Below are positions 28,363-37,694 of a stretch of DNA of 64,000 nt, in pieces. The stretch comes from Hyalangium minutum (GTDB taxonomy: Bacteria; Myxococcota; Myxococcia; Myxococcales; Myxococcaceae). Where the stretch lies: assembly GCF_000737315.1 (NCBI RefSeq), contig NZ_JMCB01000020.1, positions 166,253 to 230,252 of the forward strand, given 5' to 3'. The translations under genes and the position numbers were made by a program. The notes beneath the pieces are model-generated. The model had not been told where the DNA came from and ran no database searches. It saw only the letters and a list, made by a program, of their open reading frames with translations. The first letter of the stretch is position 1. Each line of letters opens with the position of its first letter.

Positions 28363-29379
28363 TCAGTACACGTTGTACTTCACGCGCAGCGCCTCATGCT
28401 CCTCGGCGTTGCGCGAGGGGTGCAGCTTCTTCTCCGCGTCGTGCAGGTAGTACCAGTAGTCGCTCGGCGTGGGCCGCAGCGCCGCGACGAGCGAGTCCAC
28501 CGTCGGCGCGCCGATGGGGCTCGGCGGCAGGCCTGCGCGCGTGCGGGTGTTGTACTCGTCCGTGTTGTCGCGCAGCTTCTTGAGGAACTCCTTGCGGTCG
28601 TTCCAGTCCGCCAGCTCGTAGCGGCTCGTGGCGTCCACACCGAGCGGGAAGTTCTTGTCGATCCGCTTCCACAGGATGCCCGCCACCAGCGGGCGCTGCT
28701 CGGGCTTGGGCTCCTCGCGCTCGAGCATGGAGGCCATCACGACGAGGTCGTGCAGGCTGCGCTTGCCCTTGGAAATCTCGCCCTTGTGCCCGTCGTAGAA
28801 GCGCGCGCCGAAGGTGTCGAGCTGCCGCTGGATGAAGGCCTCCACGTTGAAGCCCTCCGGCACCACGGCGTAGGTCTCCGGGTAGAGGTAGCCCTCGAGG
28901 CTGCGCGTGGGCAGCGGGAAGGAGGCCTTGAAGCGCTCGGGACGCTTGGCGGCGGCGATGTACTCGCCCGGCTTGATGAGCCCCTTGGCGGCCAGGGCCT
29001 CGTCCGTGTCTCGCAGGCGCCAGCCTTCAATCATCACGAAGGGCACGTCCTCGGGGAGCGGCGGGCCCTCGAGCGTCTTCGCCAACTCGGCAATGGACAT
29101 GGAGGCGCTGAGCTTGAAGCGGCCGGCCTTCAGCGCGAGCCCACCGCGACGCCACAGGTGGAAGCGCCACAGCCGCGCGTCGTCGATGAGCCCTTCGGAC
29201 TGGAGCTCCGGGCCGAGCGCCCGCGCCGTCGTGCCCTTCTTCACGGCGAACGTCACCTCGGGCGCGCCCGGGGCGGCCTTCGGCGTCGTCGTGCCCTTCT
29301 CCGCCCACATGAAGACACCGCCGCCGGCGGCGCCGGCCAGCACGGCGAGGACCAGGACCCCAATGAGCAACTTCTTCAT
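28363..29379 (-). CDS. mltG: Endolytic transglycosylase MltG
   Basis: N-terminal TM, LEGYLYPETY, ASMLERE, YNT...GLPPSPI. Confidence 0.9.
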   Translation of the reverse strand: MKKLLIGVLVLAVLAGAAGGGVFMWAEKGTTTPKAAPGAPEVTFAVKKGTTARALGPELQSEGLIDDARLWRFHLWRRGGLALKAGRFKLSASMSIAELAKTLEGPPLPEDVPFVMIEGWRLRDTDEALAAKGLIKPGEYIAAAKRPERFKASFPLPTRSLEGYLYPETYAVVPEGFNVEAFIQRQLDTFGARFYDGHKGEISKGKRSLHDLVVMASMLEREEPKPEQRPLVAGILWKRIDKNFPLGVDATSRYELADWNDRKEFLKKLRDNTDEYNTRTRAGLPPSPIGAPTVDSLVAALRPTPSDYWYYLHDAEKKLHPSRNAEEHEALRVKYNVY

Positions 29380-29524
29380 GCGATGAAAGCTACCAAAGCT
29401 TCGCCGCACTGGGGCGGAAGGAAGCAGGGTCCGGTCGCACAGTGAGCAGCCATGCCGTCAGGGGGATGGCCTTGTGTCACAGGAGCAGCAAAAGGACTGT
29501 GAAGTGCGGGAGGGGGTTGGGAGG

Positions 29525-30433
29525 ATGGCGCGCGTGCTGACGCCCGGCATCTATCTGGCCCACAAGCCCGTAGGCGAGACGAGCTTCTCGGTGGTGCGCG
29601 CCTTCATGGAGGAGCTCCAGGCGGCGCGTCCCGGCAAGCGCGTCCCCGTCTGCCACGGGGGCACGCTGGACCCGTTCGCCGAGGGACTCCTGCTGCTGCT
29701 CGTGGGGCAGGCCACGCGGCTGATGGACCTGCACCACGCCATCCCCAAGCGCTACGTGGCGGAGGTCCGCTGGGGCGTGGAGACGGACAACGGCGATCTG
29801 CTCGGGCGCGTGGTCCATCAGGGCGATGCCTCGCACCTCACCCCGGAGGCGCTGGATGCGGCGCTCGCGCCCTTCCAGGGCTGGCACGACCAGGTGCCTC
29901 CGGCCACCAGCGCCAAGAAGGTGGACGGAGAGCCGGCCTACCGGAAAGCCCACCGGGGCGAGGAGGTGGTGTTGCCGCCCTCGCGCGTGTACCTCCACGA
30001 GGCGCGCTGGCTCGCGCATGACTTGCCGCGCTCCAGCCGCTTGGAGCTGACGTGCCGCGGCGGCTTCTACGTGCGCTCGCTGGCGAGAGAGCTGGGACGG
30101 GCGCTCGGCTGTGGCGCGCACCTGTCCCGGCTGCACCGCACGGCCATTGGCCCGTGGGAGGACCCAGGCCCCGGCAAGCGCACGGAGCTGCATGGGCGCG
30201 AGCTATTGTCCTGGTGCGCCACCCGTGAGCTCTCGGATGCGGAGCTGGGCGACCTGCGGCGAGAGAGGCCCGTGCCTCGAGGCCGGCTCCTCCCGCCCTC
30301 CTGGAGGCTGCCTCCAGGGTTTCCTGATCCCGAGGCCCCTGTGCGCGGCTTCCACCAGGGGCGCTTGGTGATGCTGCTGCGCGCCAGGGACGGGCTGCTC
30401 GAGGCCGTCTCGGAGCTGCGCGGCGGGCTCTAG
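29525..30433 (+). CDS. truB: tRNA pseudouridine(55) synthase TruB family
   Basis: KPVG.TSF, HGGTLDPFAEGLL, PPATSAKKVDGEPAY, GFYVRSLARELG. Confidence 0.8.
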   Translation: MARVLTPGIYLAHKPVGETSFSVVRAFMEELQAARPGKRVPVCHGGTLDPFAEGLLLLLVGQATRLMDLHHAIPKRYVAEVRWGVETDNGDLLGRVVHQGDASHLTPEALDAALAPFQGWHDQVPPATSAKKVDGEPAYRKAHRGEEVVLPPSRVYLHEARWLAHDLPRSSRLELTCRGGFYVRSLARELGRALGCGAHLSRLHRTAIGPWEDPGPGKRTELHGRELLSWCATRELSDAELGDLRRERPVPRGRLLPPSWRLPPGFPDPEAPVRGFHQGRLVMLLRARDGLLEAVSELRGGL

Positions 30434-30441
30434 CGGGCGCT

Positions 30442-30804
30442 TTAGCCCTTCTTCTTCTCGTGCGTCACGGTGATGACGGTGCCGATGCCGCCGCGCACGA
30501 AGAAGTCACCCTCCACCACGAGCTTGCGCGGCTGGATGGCCTTGATGATGTCGTCCGCGATGGTGTTGGTCACCTTCTCGTGGAACGCGCCCTCGTTGCG
30601 GTAGGCCCACATGTAGAGCTTCAGGCTCTTCAGCTCCACGCACAGCTCGTCCGGCACGTAGCGGATCTTGAACCGCGCGAAGTCAGGCTGCCCGGTCAGT
30701 GGGCACAGGCACGTGAACTCCGGGACGTCGAACGCGATCTCGTAGTCCCGCTCGGCGGCCGGGTTGGGGAAGGTCTTCAGTTCCTTGGAAGGCTGTGTGG
30801 ACAT
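30442..30804 (-). CDS. queF: NADPH-dependent preQ0 reductase (type I)
   Basis: PEFTCLCPLTGQPDFA, ELKSLKLY, FHE, RGGI. Confidence 0.95.
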   Translation of the reverse strand: MSTQPSKELKTFPNPAAERDYEIAFDVPEFTCLCPLTGQPDFARFKIRYVPDELCVELKSLKLYMWAYRNEGAFHEKVTNTIADDIIKAIQPRKLVVEGDFFVRGGIGTVITVTHEKKKG

Positions 30805-31015
30805 GGCGGCCTGTCGTCTAACACACAGAACGCCACTTGCATGGGTTCCGCGCAAAATGCTCGCCCGTCCGGCAGGCAGCCGCAGGTGTTGAAACCCGGA
30901 GAGATCGGCGCGTAACAGTGTCGCCCCGCTAACGGCCAGTCCGTCCGATCCTCCGGAATTGCCGGGGGGTGGCTTGTCGCTCCCCGGAGGGCCCCCTTAT
31001 CTCGGTGCTGGCCCC

Positions 31016-32911
31016 ATGCTGCCTCCTGACTTCGAGAATGTGCTCGCACATCTTCCCCAGGCCACGCTGCGCGTGGGGCCGGATCTCAAAGTCCAATGGC
31101 TCGAGGCGGACTTCGCCCGAAAAGTAGGTGTGGCTCCTACCGTGGAGCGAGGTCTGCTCGAAATCCTGGAGTACGGCCGGAGCCGGGATGCGCTGGAGCG
31201 CGCCGTGCGCGAGGGCCGCGAGCACGAGGGCCACGTCATCACCAGCACGATGCGTCAGGTGCGCGTGCAGGTGCGGCGGCCGCAGGACGGCGAGCCGCCT
31301 GGGGCGTGGATTCTCTTCGAGCCCTCGGGGCTGGACGACGAGGGCGCTTTCTCGCAGGTGGTGCAGGACATCGCGCGCGCGGTGGGCGAGACGCTGGAGG
31401 TGGACAGCGTGTGCTCCGCGGCGGTGACGGCCCTGGTGCGCTGTGCCCGGGTGCGGCGTGCGGAGGTGTTCCTCTGCGAGGCCGAGGGCCAGGGGACGCT
31501 GCGCCGCGCCGCGGTGTCGGACCTGGCCGAAAGTGAGTCTCCCGAGGACGCGTTTGATCCGACGGCGGATCCCTTCGTCCAGGCGCTGGGCACCCGCCGG
31601 GCGCAGATTGGCATCCAGCGTGGCTATGGCGACTCGATGGGCTCCATCTTCGCCGCGGTGCCGCTGTGCGCGCCCAAGCGCACGGTGGGGTTGTTGCTGC
31701 TGTACAAGGAGCAGGGCGCCTCGTTCTCCGCCAAGGAGCTGGACTTGTGGACGGCGGCGGCCGGCCAGCTTGCGGTGGCGGTGGAGAACGCGCGGCTCTT
31801 GAGGGAGGCGCAGGCGGCGCTGCGGGTGCGCGAGGAGTTCATGTCCATCGCCTCGCACGAGCTGAAGACGCCGCTCACGCCGCTCAAGCTGAGCCTCTTC
31901 ACGATGGAGCGCCGGCTGGCCACGGGGCAGGCGGTGGAGCTCTCCAGCATTTTCAAGTCCAAGCGGCAGGTGGACCGGCTGGTGGGGCTGGTGGATGACC
32001 TGCTGGACGCCTCGCGGCTGGAGCTGGGCAAGCTGGAGGTGAAGCGCGCGCCGCTGGAGATGGGGCAACTGGTGGCGGAGGTGGTGGATCAGTTCCGCCA
32101 GGCCTTCGACCGGCCCTTCATGGTGGACGTGCCGCGCCAGCGCGTCTGGGTGCAGGGCGATCGGAACCGGCTGGAGCAGGTGATGGTGAACCTGCTGGAG
32201 AACGCGCACAAGTACAGCAACGCGGGCGAGCTCATCAACGTGGAGGTGGAGGAGGCAGGCGACGAGGTCCGGATCCACGTGAAGGATCGCGGCATCGGCA
32301 TTCCGGGGGCGGATCAGGCGCAGGTGTTCCAGCGCTTCTACAAGGCGCGCAACGTCTCGCACCGCAACTTCGGAGGGCTGGGGCTGGGGCTCTTCATCAG
32401 CCACTCCATCTGCAATCTGCACGGCGGCAACCTGACGCTGTCGAGTGCGGAGGGACAGGGTTCCACCTTCACGGTGACGATGCCGCGCATGTCGCAGCGC
32501 GAGGTGCGGGAGCTGCCGCCGCGGGTGCTGCTGCTGGACGAAGATAAGGAGCACGAGGCCGAGGCCGAGCGCGTGCTGCGCTCCGAGGGCTTCGAGGTGC
32601 TCACGGTGCGCACAGGAGACGAGGCGCTGCGCAACGCGGCGGCGCTGCCGGTGGACATCATCCTGCTGTCGGCGACGGCGTCACAGCAGGAAGTGGGCAT
32701 CTTCCTGGAGACGTTCGCCACGCTGCCACGGGCCCGGCCGGTGCCGATTCTGCTGGCGGGAGCGCGGCGGCCGGCCTGGGCGTGGGAGGGCACGGTGCTG
32801 TGCTCGAGGCCCTACCGCGCGGACGAGCTGATCGCCCGGGTGCGCAACACGCTGGCGCTGACGCCCGAGCCGGGCTGGCCCGTGGCGGAAGAGGCTACCG
32901 TCCGGATGTGA
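31016..32911 (+). CDS. Sensor histidine kinase (PAS-like, GAF, HisKA, HATPase, atypical receiver)
   Basis: IASHELKTPLT, NLLENAHKY, DRGIGI, GLGLGL; C-terminal receiver-like domain. Confidence 0.9.
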   Translation: MLPPDFENVLAHLPQATLRVGPDLKVQWLEADFARKVGVAPTVERGLLEILEYGRSRDALERAVREGREHEGHVITSTMRQVRVQVRRPQDGEPPGAWILFEPSGLDDEGAFSQVVQDIARAVGETLEVDSVCSAAVTALVRCARVRRAEVFLCEAEGQGTLRRAAVSDLAESESPEDAFDPTADPFVQALGTRRAQIGIQRGYGDSMGSIFAAVPLCAPKRTVGLLLLYKEQGASFSAKELDLWTAAAGQLAVAVENARLLREAQAALRVREEFMSIASHELKTPLTPLKLSLFTMERRLATGQAVELSSIFKSKRQVDRLVGLVDDLLDASRLELGKLEVKRAPLEMGQLVAEVVDQFRQAFDRPFMVDVPRQRVWVQGDRNRLEQVMVNLLENAHKYSNAGELINVEVEEAGDEVRIHVKDRGIGIPGADQAQVFQRFYKARNVSHRNFGGLGLGLFISHSICNLHGGNLTLSSAEGQGSTFTVTMPRMSQREVRELPPRVLLLDEDKEHEAEAERVLRSEGFEVLTVRTGDEALRNAAALPVDIILLSATASQQEVGIFLETFATLPRARPVPILLAGARRPAWAWEGTVLCSRPYRADELIARVRNTLALTPEPGWPVAEEATVRM

Positions 32912-32957
32912 GGACGCCGAAGCCCGTGGGGGTGATGCCCGCGCGGGCCAGCGCCTC
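32879..32957 (+). repeat. 79-bp direct repeat, copy 1
   Basis: Identical to 34249-34327 (CCCGTGGCGGAAGAGGCTACC...GGGCCAGCGCCTC). Confidence 0.95.
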
Positions 32958-33024
32958 GGAAGAGGCCGCCCACGCAGCGCCAGGATTGCGGCACCTTTTC
33001 GCCTACCTGTAGCATGGGGCTTGA

Positions 33025-33591
33025 ATGAACGCCCTGGTTCGCGAGGGTTGTCGCTCGGGTACGTCCTGCGGACCCGTGTCCGCATGCTGGATGTGGCCCA
33101 CTGCCACGGGGGCATTGGCGCTTGGTTTTTCTCTTGTGACGGGGTGTGTTGCTCAGCAGCCTCATGAGCATGTGGGACCCCTGATGCGGACGGATTGCCC
33201 TTCCTCGCTGGATATCCCCTCTGTCGAGGAGTGCCGTGAGGCGGCTTGGGGCATCAGTGATGAACTGTTGAGGATCTGTGTGCAGGGGCAGTGCGGCAGT
33301 ATTCAGGTCAAGTGCAGCGAGCGAGCCCGCCTGCAATGCAAGGCAGACAATCGAATCTATGGATTTACCATGCTCGCTTATACGCCCACGCCCAACTACT
33401 ACGGGACGTTGAATTATTTCTTTCCAGTTGGGGAAACATATTGGTGTGAAGAGCCGCTTTCCCACGAGTGCATCGTCAAGGCGCTGATTCACGAACTGGC
33501 TCATTCTTGTGGGTGGGAGCACCGAGGTGGGCGGAACGTGCCAGGGAACGATCCACCCCGTGAGTCCATCCCTGAATGCAGGCCGGGGTAG
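33025..33591 (+). CDS. Cys-rich lipoprotein with metzincin-type zinc motif
   Basis: Lipobox LVTGC; HELAHSCGWEH fits HExxHxxGxxH; alternative start ATG 33091. Confidence 0.7.
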   Translation: MNALVREGCRSGTSCGPVSACWMWPTATGALALGFSLVTGCVAQQPHEHVGPLMRTDCPSSLDIPSVEECREAAWGISDELLRICVQGQCGSIQVKCSERARLQCKADNRIYGFTMLAYTPTPNYYGTLNYFFPVGETYWCEEPLSHECIVKALIHELAHSCGWEHRGGRNVPGNDPPRESIPECRPG

Positions 33592-33596
33592 AGGCG

Positions 33597-34214
33597 ATGC
33601 TCCGGGCTCACAGCCATCGAGAATGGCTCATCCTCGCGCCGCTGATTTTGCTTCTAGCGGGGGCGTGTAAGGCATTCGGTCCTTTTGGGGAGCAAAAGAC
33701 GGCGGGCGCTGAGAAGGGGCGGGCCGCGGTTCCTTGTGACGTCGCCGGAGGCCAAGAGCGCTCTCCTGTCAAACTGGAGATGCAGGACGTGCAGTATGAC
33801 GGGGCGTGGCTTTCGGGGAGATTGCTCATCAGCCCCGGGGCCGAGAGCGTCAGTCTGGATAAGAGGCTGCTTCCGTATCACAGTGTCTACATTCATTCCG
33901 TTTCGGACTGCGGCACGGGGCGGCCCGTAAAATACATCGAGTGGAATGGAGTGCCGCCTCCTGCTCGCGAGGCGGATCTCCTGACCCTGGAGTGTGGCTA
34001 TTGGTATGGAGCGATGGTGCGTTTCCACGTGTTCGTGGATTGGGTCTCAGGGCCAGGACCCGAGTGCATCAACGCGGAGCTCACGATCTTTTCGTCAGAA
34101 GGGCGGCCTCTGGGGCACCTGCCGGTTCGTGCCGAACGGGCTTCGACGAGCCCAGTGGATGGTGGCTCGTCGGGAGAGATACCTCCCGCCCCAGATGCAG
34201 GCCCATGGCAATAG
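33597..34214 (+). CDS. Hypothetical lipoprotein (partner of the metallopeptidase)
   Basis: GAGG RBS; lipobox LAGAC; starts 5 nt after the upstream stop. Confidence 0.7.
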   Translation: MLRAHSHREWLILAPLILLLAGACKAFGPFGEQKTAGAEKGRAAVPCDVAGGQERSPVKLEMQDVQYDGAWLSGRLLISPGAESVSLDKRLLPYHSVYIHSVSDCGTGRPVKYIEWNGVPPPAREADLLTLECGYWYGAMVRFHVFVDWVSGPGPECINAELTIFSSEGRPLGHLPVRAERASTSPVDGGSSGEIPPAPDAGPWQ

Positions 34215-34248
34215 GGCAAGAGCTGTAGGGGACGCAGCGCTCGACGGT

Positions 34249-34327
34249 CCCGTGGCGGAAGAGGCTACCGTCCGGATGTGAGGACGCCGAAGCCCGTGGG
34301 GGTGATGCCCGCGCGGGCCAGCGCCTC
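34249..34327 (+). repeat. 79-bp direct repeat, copy 2
   Basis: Identical to 32879-32957. Confidence 0.95.
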
Positions 34328-35011
34328 TCGGGCCTTGGGGTGGACGAAGGTGGACAGCTCCACCTCGCGTTGAGCCGAGTAGCCGCTCTTCACAGCCTCA
34401 GGGGTGTAGCCGGGGTGGCACATCAGTTCGATGACGCCCGAGACGGGAAGAGTGGCCATGGCGGACTCGAAGCGCTCCAACGTCCAGTAGGCCTCCGCGC
34501 CCGCGTCTCCAATGAAGTGCGCGTTGGTGGCGACGCCCTGGGCCTGGAGCTCGCGACGCATGGGCTCGTTGATGGAGCGCACGGGCAGGCCCTGCTCGCG
34601 GGCCACCTGGGCGAGCCCCGCGAGCACGTTCGGGTGGAGGTGCAGGTGCTTGTGCACGTCCACGTGGGTGGCGGGGCGGCCCAGCATCGAGGCCAGCCGC
34701 TCCAACTGGGCGCGCACTTCGTGCACCACCGCTTCCGTGGGGAGTGTGGCGGCGCGGGGCTCGGCGAAGGCACCCTTCTCCAGGAACTCTCGAGGGAAGC
34801 CGGGCCACACGGGCTCGCCCCGGGCCAGGTTGAGGTGCAGTCCGATGTGGAGCCCGTGAGCCTCGCGCGCGGCGGCCTCGGAGTAGGGCGTGTTCACCAT
34901 GAAGGTGGCCGACGACACGACGCCCTCGCGCATCGAGCGGAGGATGCCGCGGGTGACGGCCGGGTCATACCCGAGGTCATCGGCGTTGATGATGAGGGCG
35001 CGGGTGTTCAT
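34265..35011 (-). CDS. ChbG/HpnK (YdjC) family deacetylase
   Basis: LIINADDLG, GLHLNL, THVDVHKH, ELMCHPG. Confidence 0.9.
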   Translation of the reverse strand: MNTRALIINADDLGYDPAVTRGILRSMREGVVSSATFMVNTPYSEAAAREAHGLHIGLHLNLARGEPVWPGFPREFLEKGAFAEPRAATLPTEAVVHEVRAQLERLASMLGRPATHVDVHKHLHLHPNVLAGLAQVAREQGLPVRSINEPMRRELQAQGVATNAHFIGDAGAEAYWTLERFESAMATLPVSGVIELMCHPGYTPEAVKSGYSAQREVELSTFVHPKAREALARAGITPTGFGVLTSGR

Positions 35012-35018
35012 GGGGCTC

Positions 35019-36032
35019 TCAGGGGCGAGGGTGGGCCTCGAAGAAGCGCCACATCTCTCGCGTGGCGTCCAGATCCTTCGTGGTGTAGCCGTACTCAGGG
35101 GGCATGAGGCCGCCGGGCCAGGTGTGGCCTCCGTTCAGGACAGTGCAGAGCGTGGCGGGGGCAGTGCAGCCGGAGTGCGTGCGGCAGGTGCTGTCGCCCA
35201 CGCTGTAGGTCTGCTGGAGCGGGCCGGTGCAGTCGTTGCGCTCAGCCCACTTAACCACCGTGTTGGGCGCGGAGGGGTAAGGACGGCCGAAGGGAATGAC
35301 GCCTCCGTCATAGGAGATGGTGGGATCGGCGGTGCCGTGGAAGTGCATCACTGGCACAGGGCGGGTGGGGTTGCAGGGAAGAACGTTCTCACTGCCTGCC
35401 ACGGGGGCGATGGCAGCAAAGCGCGCGGCGCGATCGCAGGCCAGCCGGTAGGCGAAGAAGGCGCCATTGGAGAGCCCGGTGGCGTAGGTGCGGCGGGTGT
35501 CCACGCAGACGCGCTTGTCGAGGTCCGCGAAGAGCTTCTCCACGAAATCCACGTCGTTCACGCCGTAGATCTGCGCGGGGCCGCAGCAGCCGCCCGCGTT
35601 CCAGCTGCGAGTGTCTTCGGTGCCACCGTCCTGGCGCAGCGCCTCGGGGAAGTTCACACCGAAGGGGTAGACGGCGATGAAGCCCTTCTCATCCGCGACC
35701 TGGGAGATGCGGCTGAGGGCCTCCTGCTCCAGGGCATCCGAGGAGAACCCATGGAAGGCCACCACGACGGGCGTGGGGCTCGTCGCCACATAGGTGGGAG
35801 GGATGTGGATCCGGTAGGTGCGGTCCCGCTCTTCGTGGCGGAGCACGAAGGTATGGGTGCCTGCTCCCAGAGTGAGCCCGGAGCAGGCGGTGCGATCCAC
35901 GATGGGTGGGTAGGGATCCACGGGCGTCACGCCCGCATCCGGAGTGTTGGAAGGAGGATCCTCGGTGCAGCCCGTGGCGCCAGCGAGCAGTACGAGGGCG
36001 CCAGCACACACCAGGCGGAAGAGCAGAGGCAT
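35019..36032 (-). CDS. PHB-depolymerase/LpqC-type esterase lipoprotein
   Basis: Lipobox ATGC; VAFHG, YATGLSNG nucleophile, FHGTAD, GGHTWPG. Confidence 0.85.
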   Translation of the reverse strand: MPLLFRLVCAGALVLLAGATGCTEDPPSNTPDAGVTPVDPYPPIVDRTACSGLTLGAGTHTFVLRHEERDRTYRIHIPPTYVATSPTPVVVAFHGFSSDALEQEALSRISQVADEKGFIAVYPFGVNFPEALRQDGGTEDTRSWNAGGCCGPAQIYGVNDVDFVEKLFADLDKRVCVDTRRTYATGLSNGAFFAYRLACDRAARFAAIAPVAGSENVLPCNPTRPVPVMHFHGTADPTISYDGGVIPFGRPYPSAPNTVVKWAERNDCTGPLQQTYSVGDSTCRTHSGCTAPATLCTVLNGGHTWPGGLMPPEYGYTTKDLDATREMWRFFEAHPRP

Positions 36033-36118
36033 GGGTGCGAAGATTTAATCCGAACCGGTCAGGGTTCCCAGGAACCCGTGGTGGCACCTTCTCGGCCTGT
36101 TTGAAAAACGGCGCTGAG

Positions 36119-36454
36119 TCAGGGCTGAGGGGACTCGCATTCCCACTGTAGGTCATCGGCGTTTGCTTGCTCGAAGGGGGTGAGCTGTCCGCAGGGGACT
36201 CGCTCCTCGGTGACTCCCGAGCAAGTACCGATCGCGGCGCTCTTCCGGTGCGCGACGATGTGCTCGCCGTTGATGCACTCCCAGAAAGCGATGTCGTGAC
36301 CCGCCTCCACTCCCGTCTGACACTCGCGATCAGGAGGGGTGTCCAGTGCATCCCGCGGATGGTCGCCGCAGCAGGCTTGGAGCGCGAGCAGCAGTGGAGC
36401 GAGGAGCAGACTGTGGGACACGCGGCTTCCCAGAGCAGTTCGAGCGTTGGCCAT
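36119..36454 (-). CDS. Small Cys-rich lipoprotein
   Basis: LLLAPLLLALQAC lipobox; multiple Cys. Confidence 0.55.
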   Translation of the reverse strand: MANARTALGSRVSHSLLLAPLLLALQACCGDHPRDALDTPPDRECQTGVEAGHDIAFWECINGEHIVAHRKSAAIGTCSGVTEERVPCGQLTPFEQANADDLQWECESPQP

Positions 36455-36577
36455 GCGCCCGAGGTTAGCACCTCGCGGTGAGGCTCCGTGAGAGCCCTTC
36501 GAGGCGCAGCTTCCTCGTGCAGGTGCCGTCCCGCTAGGATTCGGGCAGGCCTCGCCTGCCTCTCAGGAGCGCTCCAT

Positions 36578-36994
36578 ATGACTTGGGTGACCTATGCGTT
36601 GCTCTCGGCCGGCTTTGCGGCGGCTACGGCAATCCTTGCCAAGGTGGGAGTGGAAGGCGTGCCTTCGAACCTCGCCACGGCCATCCGGACAGGGGTGGTG
36701 CTCGTGTTCTCCTGGGGCATTGTGCTTACTCGCCGAGAGCATGAGGCGTTGCCCGCCCTCAGCCACAAGACGGTGCTCTTCCTGGTGCTCTCCGGTGTGG
36801 CCACCGGCCTGTCCTGGCTCGCCTATTTCCGTGCGCTCCAGCTCGGGCCGGCCTCACGGGTGGCGCCCATCGACAAGCTCAGTCTCGCGATGACCCTGGT
36901 GCTCGCCGTGGTGGTGCTGAAAGAGCCCCTGTCGTGGAAGCTAGCGCTCGGTGTCGCCCTCATGGTGGCCGGGGCGCTGCTGACCCTGAAGTGA
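36578..36994 (+). CDS. EamA family transporter (single domain)
   Basis: ALLSAGFAA.TAILAKVG, LSG.ATGLSWL.YFRAL, APIDKLS. Confidence 0.88.
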   Translation: MTWVTYALLSAGFAAATAILAKVGVEGVPSNLATAIRTGVVLVFSWGIVLTRREHEALPALSHKTVLFLVLSGVATGLSWLAYFRALQLGPASRVAPIDKLSLAMTLVLAVVVLKEPLSWKLALGVALMVAGALLTLK

Positions 36995-37019
36995 AGGGGA
37001 GAATGCTAGGGTTCCGAGC

Positions 37020-37694
37020 GTGTCCATCTTGATCGTCGAAGATGAGCTGCGGGTCAGGGCCTTCATTGCTCGAGGCCTCACGGAAGAGGGCTTCCGCATC
37101 CGCGAGTCCGTGGACGGGTTGCAGGCCCAGGAGCTGCTGCGTCACGAGCGCTTCGATCTCATCTTGCTCGATTGGATGCTCCCGGGACTTCCTGGGCTGG
37201 ACCTGCTCCAAGCGCTGCGGGGACGGCGGGACACGACCCCAGTCCTCATGCTCACGGCCCGGGACGCAGTCGCGGAGCGAATCGCAGCCCTCAATGCCGG
37301 CGCGGACGACTACCTCGTCAAGCCCTTCGCCTTCGAGGAGCTGCTCGCGCGCATCCGGGCCATCCTCCGCCGCGTCTCCAACCGGGCCAGTCCCATCCTC
37401 AGCCATGCGGATCTCACGCTCGATCCGGTCTCGCGAAAGGTGGTGAGAGCGGGAGTGGAGATCTCGCTGACCGCGCGTGAGTACGCGCTGCTTCAATTCC
37501 TCCTGGAGCACGCGGGAGAGGTCGTCTCCCGGACGCGGATCGTCCAGGCCGTGTGGGACCACGACTTCGAGACCTTCTCGAATGTGGTGGAGGTGTACAT
37601 CCGTTATCTCCGCGCCAAGGTAGACGATCCCTTTGGCGTCAAACTCATTCATACCGTGCGCGGCGTGGGCTATGTCCTGCGGAGCGGTGCGTGA
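37020..37694 (+). CDS. OmpR-family response regulator
   Basis: LIVEDE, LLDWMLPG, LTARD, GADDYLVKPF, HTVRGVGY. Confidence 0.93.
   Translation: MSILIVEDELRVRAFIARGLTEEGFRIRESVDGLQAQELLRHERFDLILLDWMLPGLPGLDLLQALRGRRDTTPVLMLTARDAVAERIAALNAGADDYLVKPFAFEELLARIRAILRRVSNRASPILSHADLTLDPVSRKVVRAGVEISLTAREYALLQFLLEHAGEVVSRTRIVQAVWDHDFETFSNVVEVYIRYLRAKVDDPFGVKLIHTVRGVGYVLRSGA

Larger units (their letters stand above)
32958..34248. mobile_element. Inserted two-gene cassette bounded by 79-bp direct repeats; no integrase or transposase visible
   Basis: Flanking perfect repeats; visibly more A/T at third codon positions than neighbours. Confidence 0.65.

Noticed and set aside
30805-30930. preQ1 riboswitch upstream of queF
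   Set aside because: No AGAGGTTCTAG-type core or A-rich 3' tail of class I visible; an Rfam scan would be needed for other classes
1109-32911. Complementation between the dead-ATPase hybrid and the dead-receiver kinase
   Set aside because: They are 28 kb apart with no sequence evidence linking them
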